The notes under the pieces were generated by a model. It was not told the DNA's origin. It ran no database searches and was given only the letters and a program-made list of their open reading frames with translations. A stretch of 64,000 nt of DNA. Source: Escherichia coli (GTDB lineage Bacteria > Pseudomonadota > Gammaproteobacteria > Enterobacterales > Enterobacteriaceae). The position numbers and the translations under genes were made by a program. Positions 52,794-64,000 of the stretch are shown here, piece after piece. The number at the start of each line of letters is the position of its first letter. Positions within the stretch are counted from its first letter, which is position 1. The stretch lies in assembly GCF_030013595.1 (NCBI RefSeq), contig NZ_CP122768.1; one strand, given 5' to 3'.

Positions 52794-54020
52794 ATGTCAC
52801 CCTGTGAAAATGACACCCCTATAAACTGGAAACGAAACCTGATCGTCGCCTGGCTAGGCTGTTTTCTTACCGGTGCCGCCTTCAGTCTGGTAATGCCCTT
52901 CTTACCCCTCTACGTTGAGCAGCTTGGCGTTACCGGTCACTCCGCCCTGAATATGTGGTCCGGTATTGTCTTCAGCATTACATTTTTATTTTCGGCCATC
53001 GCCTCACCGTTTTGGGGTGGACTAGCCGATCGTAAAGGCCGAAAACTCATGCTATTACGCTCTGCCCTCGGCATGGGCATCGTGATGGTGTTGATGGGGC
53101 TGGCACAAAATATCTGGCAGTTTTTGATCCTGCGGGCGCTTCTTGGGTTACTTGGCGGATTTGTCCCCAACGCTAATGCTCTTATCGCCACACAAGTACC
53201 GCGTAATAAAAGCGGCTGGGCGCTGGGGACGCTTTCCACAGGCGGCGTTAGCGGTGCGTTGCTCGGCCCAATGGCTGGCGGCCTGCTCGCTGATAGCTAC
53301 GGCTTACGTCCGGTATTCTTTATTACCGCCAGTGTGCTCATACTCTGCTTTTTCGTCACCCTGTTTTGCATCAGAGAAAAATTCCAGCCGGTCAGCAAAA
53401 AAGAGATGCTGCACATGCGGGAAGTGGTGACATCACTTAAAAACCCGAAACTGGTACTCAGCCTGTTTGTCACTACGTTAATCATCCAGGTGGCGACGGG
53501 CTCAATTGCCCCCATTCTGACGCTGTATGTCCGCGAACTGGCGGGTAACGTCAGTAACGTCGCCTTTATCAGTGGCATGATCGCCTCGGTGCCAGGCGTG
53601 GCGGCTCTGCTGAGTGCACCACGACTCGGCAAACTTGGCGATCGAATCGGACCCGAAAAGATCCTGATTACGGCGCTGATCTTTTCTGTACTGCTATTGA
53701 TCCCAATGTCTTACGTTCAGACGCCATTACAACTTGGGATTTTACGTTTTTTGCTCGGTGCCGCCGATGGTGCACTACTCCCCGCCGTACAAACACTGTT
53801 GGTTTACAACTCGAGCAACCAAATCGCCGGGCGTATCTTCAGCTATAACCAGTCGTTTCGTGATATTGGAAACGTTACCGGACCATTGATGGGAGCCGCG
53901 ATTTCAGCGAACTACGGTTTCAGAGCGGTATTTCTCGTCACCGCTGGCGTAGTGTTATTCAACGCAGTCTATTCATGGAACAGTCTACGTCGTCGTCGAA
54001 TACCCCAGGTATCGAACTGA
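52794..54020 (+). CDS. mdtG: MFS multidrug efflux transporter MdtG
   Basis: ORF 52794..54020 (+), 408 aa; [30 protein letters not shown]; 12-TM MFS. Confidence 0.93.
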
Positions 54021-54102
54021 TTTTTCGCCTTTCATACTTGCAAAAGCGGAGAATCAGCTATCCTTTTCCCTGAAACCTCATCAACTCAAAGGGAGAATCG
54101 TG

Positions 54103-54477
54103 ATGACCATGTACGCAACGCTTGAAGAAGCCATTGACGCTGCACGCGAAGAATTTCTTGCAGACAACCCCGGCATCGACGCCGAAGATGCGAATGTGCA
54201 ACAGTTCAATGCCCAAAAATACGTTTTGCAGGACGGCGACATCATGTGGCAAGTTGAGTTTTTTGCCGACGAAGGGGAAGAAGGTGAATGTTTACCTATG
54301 CTTAGCGGTGAAGCCGCGCAAAGTGTCTTTGACGGCGACTATGATGAGATAGAGATCCGCCAGGAGTGGCAAGAAGAGAATACATTACATGAATGGGACG
54401 AGGGGGAATTTCAGCTTGAGCCACCGCTGGATACCGAGGAAGGACGCGCAGCAGCTGATGAGTGGGATGAACGTTAA
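54103..54477 (+). CDS. msyB: Acidic protein MsyB
   Basis: ORF 54100..54477 (+); MTMYATLEEAIDAAREEFLADNPG...; very acidic (Asp/Glu-rich), 124 aa. Confidence 0.9.
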   Translation: MTMYATLEEAIDAAREEFLADNPGIDAEDANVQQFNAQKYVLQDGDIMWQVEFFADEGEEGECLPMLSGEAAQSVFDGDYDEIEIRQEWQEENTLHEWDEGEFQLEPPLDTEEGRAAADEWDER

Positions 54478-54705
54478 TCACTCATACGGGCCATGATGAA
54501 TGTCGATCGGCAGCAGTAAAGTATCAAAAACCAGGGAGAATGGCAGATCAAGGATCGTGACATAACGCCAGGCGGAGTCACGCACATCCCATTGCACACC
54601 GGGATAATATTGGTTGCCATGCCCCTGCCCCGGTATAGTGCGACTAATAATGCTGCCACAGCCACTCAGCAAGGTCACCATGATGCTCACCACAATTAAA
54701 CGCAT
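54478..54705 (-). CDS. yceK: YceK lipoprotein
   Basis: ORF 54478..54705 (-), 75 aa; lipobox LSGC; convergent with and abutting msyB. Confidence 0.85.
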   Translation of the reverse strand: MRLIVVSIMVTLLSGCGSIISRTIPGQGHGNQYYPGVQWDVRDSAWRYVTILDLPFSLVFDTLLLPIDIHHGPYE

Positions 54706-54731
54706 TTGATACCTCTTCCGTAAAAAAATAC

Positions 54732-54744
54732 CGGCATAACGCCG
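54732..54744. repeat. Left copy of the 13-bp IS4 target-site duplication
   Basis: cggcataacgccg immediately left of the IS4 left inverted repeat; identical copy at 56171..56183. Confidence 0.8.
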
Positions 54745-56170
54745 TAATGCCGATCAGTTAAGGATCAGTTGACCGATCCAGTGGCTGTGTAAGAATCCGG
54801 AAACGCTCACTTGTTTCCGGATTTTTTTATGCACATTGGACAGGCTCTTGATCTGGTATCCCGTTACGATTCTCTGCGTAACCCACTGACTTCTCTGGGG
54901 GATTACCTCGATCCCGAACTCATCTCTCGTTGCCTTGCCGAATCAGGTACTGTAACGCTACGCAAGCGCCGTCTTCCCCTCGAAATGATGGTCTGGTGTA
55001 TTGTTGGCATGGCGCTTGAGCGTAAAGAACCTCTTCACCAGATTGTGAATCGCCTGGACATCATGCTGCCGGGCAATCGCCCCTTCGTTGCTCCCAGTGC
55101 CGTTATTCAGGCCCGCCAGCGCCTGGGAAGTGAGGCTGTCCGCCGCGTGTTCACGAAAACAGCGCAGCTCTGGCATAACGCCACGCCGCATCCGCACTGG
55201 TGCGGCCTGACCCTGCTGGCCATCGATGGTGTGTTCTGGCGCACACCGGATACACCAGAGAACGATGCAGCCTTCCCCCGCCAGACACATGCCGGGAACC
55301 CGGCGCTCTACCCGCAGGTCAAAATGGTCTGCCAGATGGAACTGACCAGCCATCTGCTGACGGCTGCAGCCTTCGGCACGATGAAGAACAGCGAAAATGA
55401 GCTTGCTGAGCAACTTATAGAACAAACCGGCGATAACACTCTGACGTTAATGGATAAAGGTTATTACTCACTGGGACTGTTAAATGCCTGGAGCCTGGCG
55501 GGAGAACACCGCCACTGGATGATACCTCTCAGAAAGGGAGCGCAATATGAAGAGATCAGAAAACTGGGTAAAGGCGATCATCTGGTGAAGCTGAAAACCA
55601 GCCCGCAGGCACGAAAAAAGTGGCCGGGACTGGGAAATGAAGTGACAGCCCGCCTGCTGACCGTGACGCGCAAAGGAAAAGTCTGCCATCTGCTGACGTC
55701 GATGACGGACGCCATGCGCTTCCCCGGAGGAGAAATGGCGGATCTGTACAGTCATCGCTGGGAAATCGAACTGGGATACAGGGAGATAAAACAGACGATG
55801 CAACTGAGCAGGCTGACGCTGAGAAGTAAAAAACCGGAGCTTGTGGAGCAAGAGCTGTGGGGTGTCTTACTGGCTTATAATCTGGTGAGATATCAGATGA
55901 TTAAAATGGCGGAACATCTGAAAGGTTACTGGCCGAATCAACTGAGTTTCTCAGAATCATGCGGAATGGTGATGAGAATGCTGATGACATTGCAGGGCGC
56001 TTCACCGGGACGTATACCGGAGCTGATGCGCGATCTTGCAAGTATGGGACAACTTGTGAAATTACCGACAAGAAGGGAAAGGGCCTTCCCGAGAGTGGTA
56101 AAGGAGAGGCCCTGGAAATACCCCACAGCCCCGAAAAAGAGCCAGTAAGTTGCTTAACTGACTGGCATTA
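54745..56170 (+). mobile_element. Insertion sequence IS4 (complete, 1,426 bp)
   Basis: Terminal inverted repeats TAATGCCGATCAGTTAAG (54745-54762) and CTTAACTGACTGGCATTA (56153-56170; 16/18 match); single DDE transposase ORF; flanked by 13-bp direct repeats; the length equals canonical IS4. Confidence 0.9.
54829..56148 (+). CDS. insG: IS4 transposase (InsG-like, IS4-family DDE transposase)
   Basis: ORF 54811..56148 (+); ATG at 54829 ([20 protein letters not shown]...); IS4-family C-terminal Y..R..E signature (...[17 protein letters not shown]...). Confidence 0.9.
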   Translation: MHIGQALDLVSRYDSLRNPLTSLGDYLDPELISRCLAESGTVTLRKRRLPLEMMVWCIVGMALERKEPLHQIVNRLDIMLPGNRPFVAPSAVIQARQRLGSEAVRRVFTKTAQLWHNATPHPHWCGLTLLAIDGVFWRTPDTPENDAAFPRQTHAGNPALYPQVKMVCQMELTSHLLTAAAFGTMKNSENELAEQLIEQTGDNTLTLMDKGYYSLGLLNAWSLAGEHRHWMIPLRKGAQYEEIRKLGKGDHLVKLKTSPQARKKWPGLGNEVTARLLTVTRKGKVCHLLTSMTDAMRFPGGEMADLYSHRWEIELGYREIKQTMQLSRLTLRSKKPELVEQELWGVLLAYNLVRYQMIKMAEHLKGYWPNQLSFSESCGMVMRMLMTLQGASPGRIPELMRDLASMGQLVKLPTRRERAFPRVVKERPWKYPTAPKKSQ

Positions 56171-56183
56171 CGGCATAACGCCG
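56171..56183. repeat. Right copy of the 13-bp IS4 target-site duplication
   Basis: cggcataacgccg immediately right of the IS4 right inverted repeat. Confidence 0.8.
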
Positions 56184-56204
56184 GTATTTTTATTGGCTCG
56201 TTGT

Positions 56205-56310
56205 TTTTGCCAGATGTGGCGTGAACGCCTTATCCGACCTACAAAATCTTGCAAAATCAACACATTGCAGGAGCGATGTAGGCCTGATAAGCGTAGTGCA
56301 TCAGGCAACT
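56205..56310. repeat. BIME (REP cluster) downstream of opgH
   Basis: gatgtggcgtgaacgccttatccgacctac and gtaggcctgataagcgtagtgcatcaggc REP units. Confidence 0.7.
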
Positions 56311-56316
56311 ACGTTT

Positions 56317-60499
<4,183 letters not shown>

Positions 60500-60781
60500 T
60501 CAGCACGCTGGCTCATGGATTAAGCACCTGATTGCAACCGTTTTCACTTTCCGTGCTTCTCCTAAAGACAGAAGCATCGACTTCGTGTAGGGTTTGCCAG
60601 CAAATTTATTTATCAACCGTCTTACAGACGCTTCCATTCTGGTTAGTGGTAGCGATGATGCTATGCATTAAAACCTTGAAGCCTGCGCCTGGCGCGGTCA
60701 GGTCGGTGTCGCTATGGCAACAAGCCTAAAGGCATAACCCGACAGGGATAAGACGAAAAATCCGAGATTAGTTAACCATAT

Positions 60782-61939
60782 ATGAATCCAGTACCCGCGC
60801 AACGTGAATATTTCCTCGACTCCATCCGCGCCTGGCTGATGTTGTTAGGGATCCCTTTTCATATTTCTTTAATCTATTCGAGCCATACATGGCATGTGAA
60901 TAGCGCCGAACCGTCATTGTGGCTGACCCTTTTTAATGACTTCATCCACTCGTTCCGCATGCAGGTATTTTTCGTTATATCCGGGTACTTTTCCTACATG
61001 CTTTTTTTACGCTATCCCTTGAAAAAATGGTGGAAAGTACGTGTCGAACGTGTAGGTATCCCGATGTTAACAGCCATCCCCCTACTGACATTACCGCAAT
61101 TTATTATGCTGCAATACGTCAAAGGGAAAGCGGAAAGTTGGCCTGGCCTGTCATTGTATGACAAATATAATACGTTGGCCTGGGAATTAATATCACACCT
61201 GTGGTTTTTACTGGTGTTAGTAGTCATGACGACGCTGTGCGTATGGATATTTAAACGCATCAGAAATAATTTAGAAAATTCTGATAAAACGAATAAAAAA
61301 TTCTCGATGGTAAAACTATCGGTGATTTTTTTGTGCCTCGGCATCGGCTATGCGGTAATAAGAAGAACGATTTTTATTGTGTATCCGCCCATTCTGAGTA
61401 ACGGCATGTTCAATTTTATTGTCATGCAAACGCTATTTTATTTGCCGTTCTTTATCCTCGGCGCACTGGCTTTCATTTTCCCTCACCTTAAAGCCTTGTT
61501 TACCACGCCGTCTCGTGGCTGTACCCTTGCAGCAGCATTGGCGTTTGTCGCTTATTTACTCAACCAGCGCTATGGCAGTGGCGATGCCTGGATGTACGAA
61601 ACCGAGTCGGTGATCACCATGGTCCTCGGTCTGTGGATGGTAAATGTGGTCTTCTCCTTTGGCCACCGTTTGCTTAACTTCCAGTCAGCGCGGGTGACTT
61701 ATTTTGTTAACGCATCGCTGTTTATCTATCTGGTTCACCACCCGTTAACGCTGTTTTTCGGCGCATACATTACACCGCACATCACCTCCAACTGGCTTGG
61801 TTTTCTCTGTGGCCTGATATTCGTAGTAGGGATTGCGATAATTCTGTATGAAATTCATTTACGCATCCCGTTACTGAAGTTTTTGTTCTCTGGTAAACCG
61901 GTTGTTAAGCGTGAGAACGATAAAGCACCAGCCCGTTAA
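60782..61939 (+). CDS. opgC: Osmoregulated periplasmic glucan succinyltransferase OpgC (MdoC)
   Basis: ORF 60782..61939 (+), 385 aa; acyltransferase-3 family membrane protein; divergent from opgGH. Confidence 0.93.
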   Translation: MNPVPAQREYFLDSIRAWLMLLGIPFHISLIYSSHTWHVNSAEPSLWLTLFNDFIHSFRMQVFFVISGYFSYMLFLRYPLKKWWKVRVERVGIPMLTAIPLLTLPQFIMLQYVKGKAESWPGLSLYDKYNTLAWELISHLWFLLVLVVMTTLCVWIFKRIRNNLENSDKTNKKFSMVKLSVIFLCLGIGYAVIRRTIFIVYPPILSNGMFNFIVMQTLFYLPFFILGALAFIFPHLKALFTTPSRGCTLAAALAFVAYLLNQRYGSGDAWMYETESVITMVLGLWMVNVVFSFGHRLLNFQSARVTYFVNASLFIYLVHHPLTLFFGAYITPHITSNWLGFLCGLIFVVGIAIILYEIHLRIPLLKFLFSGKPVVKRENDKAPAR

Positions 61940-61946
61940 GCCGCGT

Positions 61947-63368
61947 TTACAATAACCATTCCACAGGCAATATCGACGCCAGTCTGACCATAACCCGCTT
62001 CCAGAAACTGGTGGCGGGTTCTTTTTTGAGAACAATCTCTTTCTTTGCATGACGATCAACCCAGTTGATCCGTCCCCACCTGTCCAGACGGAGCTGCCAG
62101 GCCGCATCATACTGGCTCTGAATAAAGCGTTTATCAATTAACTGTGCCAGCGTTTCGCTCTCTATCACGAAGCCCATTTCAGTATTGAGCAATGTTGAAC
62201 GCGGATCGAAATTGAAAGAGCCGATAAACACCGTTTTACCATCGATGCTAAAGGTTTTAGCATGCAGGCTGGCACCGGAATTACCGGTTATGCCGCGATC
62301 GTGTAACGTACTACTTTGTTCACGCGTCGGCTTGAGTTCATATAATTCCACGCCGTAGCGGAGCAATTTTTTGCGCCAGCGTGCGTATCCGGCATGGACG
62401 ACAGCAACATCGTTAGCGGCAAGAGAATTGGTTAGGATCGCAATCTTTACCCCTTTTCTCACCATCCGTAAGAGTTGCGCCACACCTGCGCGTGTCGGTA
62501 CAAAATAGGAAGAGATAATATCGATGCGTTCACTGGGTGAGCCCATGATATCGAACAGGCGCTGCGGTAACAGTGAATGCCGTTTTGCCTTGCCTTCCCC
62601 TTTCGCCGGATCATCACTTAATAAACGTGTTTTCGCCCAGATAAGCGGCAACGTTCCATCAACCAGATGATTTATAAACGGGCTGGATTCCATTTTGCGT
62701 AAATAACGATGCGTCATGGCATCGTTGTGCCAGGATGCTGGTAACTCGATGCGATCCGCCATTTCACCTTCCGGGACATCCAGCACCTGCTGTAAGGGTG
62801 AAACCGATTTGCAATACCAGTAGCGGGCGAAATCATCGGCAACGTCCTCTACAACTGGTCCTATTGCCATGACATCTAAATCCGAAAAAAGTGGCTCTTC
62901 CCCTGCCCCAAAATAGGCATCACCAATATTTCGCCCCCCTACCAGCGTCACCACGCCATCAACAGTGAAACTTTTATTGTGCATACGGCGATTGAGACGG
63001 GAAAAGTCGGTGATATAACCAAGCGGACGTAGCAAGCGAAACGAGAAAGGATTAAAAAGCCGGACTTCAATGCGGGGATGACTGTCAAGCAAGCGTAAAA
63101 TGTCGTCAAGTCCGGGTGTATTGTTGTCGTCCAGCAACAAACGGACGCGAACGCCACGCTTTGCTGCGGCTAACAGGGCGGAAAACAGTAACCGACCCGA
63201 CATATCGTCCTGCCAGATGTAATACTGAACATCCAGCGTATGCTCTGCCATTTCGGCCAGACGATACCGGGCGGCAAACGCATCCAGACTTTTCTCCAGA
63301 GGGAAAAGGCCACACTGACCGGGATGTTGCGAACACAGTGGCAGCACCGCGCTCGCCAGCCGGGGCAA
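61947..63368 (-). CDS. clsC: Cardiolipin synthase C (phospholipase D family; YmdC)
   Basis: ORF 61947..63437 (-); two HKD motifs (HNKSFTVDG, HAKTFSIDG); start placed at in-frame TTG (63366-63368), 9 nt after an AAGGAG RBS, giving 473 aa; the in-frame ATG at 63375-63377 directly abuts the RBS. Confidence 0.88.
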   Translation of the reverse strand: MPRLASAVLPLCSQHPGQCGLFPLEKSLDAFAARYRLAEMAEHTLDVQYYIWQDDMSGRLLFSALLAAAKRGVRVRLLLDDNNTPGLDDILRLLDSHPRIEVRLFNPFSFRLLRPLGYITDFSRLNRRMHNKSFTVDGVVTLVGGRNIGDAYFGAGEEPLFSDLDVMAIGPVVEDVADDFARYWYCKSVSPLQQVLDVPEGEMADRIELPASWHNDAMTHRYLRKMESSPFINHLVDGTLPLIWAKTRLLSDDPAKGEGKAKRHSLLPQRLFDIMGSPSERIDIISSYFVPTRAGVAQLLRMVRKGVKIAILTNSLAANDVAVVHAGYARWRKKLLRYGVELYELKPTREQSSTLHDRGITGNSGASLHAKTFSIDGKTVFIGSFNFDPRSTLLNTEMGFVIESETLAQLIDKRFIQSQYDAAWQLRLDRWGRINWVDRHAKKEIVLKKEPATSFWKRVMVRLASILPVEWLL

Positions 63369-63369
63369 A

Positions 63370-63903
63370 TCATTCATCTCCTTGTTGGGTAAGGAGTCTT
63401 TCGTAGAGGTGGGTGTTTTCTTCATCATAACAGACAAAGTATACCTGTTCGGGTAAAGCGTGACGGGTAATAAATTCTGAAACGGTTTTTACTGCGATTT
63501 CAGCCGCTGCCGCACGAGGGTAACCATAAACCCCAGTACTGATTGCAGGAAATGCCACTGACGTATAGCTGTTTGCCGCCACCAGTCGCAGACTATTGAG
63601 ATAGGCATCCTGCAAAAGCTGGTCTTCGTTTTGTTCACCACCACGCCAGACTGGCCCGACGGTGTGCACTACGGCTTTAGCGGGAAGATCGCCTGCAAGC
63701 GTAATAACGGCATGCCCCGTAGGGCAATCGCCCTGCTGTTGCCTGACTTTTAAACAGGCATCCAGCAGAGCCGGACCCGCTGCGCGATGAATGGCCCCAT
63801 CGACGCCGCCGCCTCCCATTAATGACGGATTAGCCGCATTCACAATCACATCAACGGCCAGTTTGGTAATATCACCCTGCACAACATGAATACGCGTTTT
63901 CAT
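63370..63903 (-). CDS. ymdB: Macrodomain O-acetyl-ADP-ribose deacetylase YmdB
   Basis: ORF 63370..63903 (-), 177 aa; [25 protein letters not shown] macro-domain N-terminus; stop 1 nt before the clsC start. Confidence 0.93.
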   Translation of the reverse strand: MKTRIHVVQGDITKLAVDVIVNAANPSLMGGGGVDGAIHRAAGPALLDACLKVRQQQGDCPTGHAVITLAGDLPAKAVVHTVGPVWRGGEQNEDQLLQDAYLNSLRLVAANSYTSVAFPAISTGVYGYPRAAAAEIAVKTVSEFITRHALPEQVYFVCYDEENTHLYERLLTQQGDE

Positions 63904-64000
63904 AACGCCTCCTTACACCTTCTTGTTTCTTAAGTGTACAGCAGGCTTTTTGGTTAAATCGCATTTTTCTGCTCAGCAAGGTGAGTTGTTCAGAAACTTA

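Overview
By gene content and order this window is a segment of an Escherichia coli chromosome: ymdB-clsC-opgCGH, lpxL, the yce genes, pyrC, murJ, the flgNMA / flgBCDEFGHIJKL flagellar operons, rne, the rpmF-plsX-fabHDG-acpP-fabF cluster, holB, ptsG, fhuE, nagZ, ndh and ycfJ. I recognise about 65 protein-coding genes, all with E. coli K-12 counterparts, plus REP/BIME repeats, intrinsic terminators and a few consensus regulatory sites. The one clear accessory feature is a complete 1,426-bp IS4 copy with imperfect 18-bp terminal inverted repeats and a 13-bp target-site duplication, inserted into the palindromic terminator between opgH and yceK. I found no CRISPR array, tRNA, rRNA, prophage or gene cluster without a known E. 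coli counterpart, so I do not see evidence for a novel system here. Limits: gene identities come from recognising the translated ORFs, not from a database search. CDS ends follow the ORF track, with starts trimmed to the start codon I judge most likely. Coordinates of repeats, terminators and promoters were read by eye and are approximate (about +/-5 nt).
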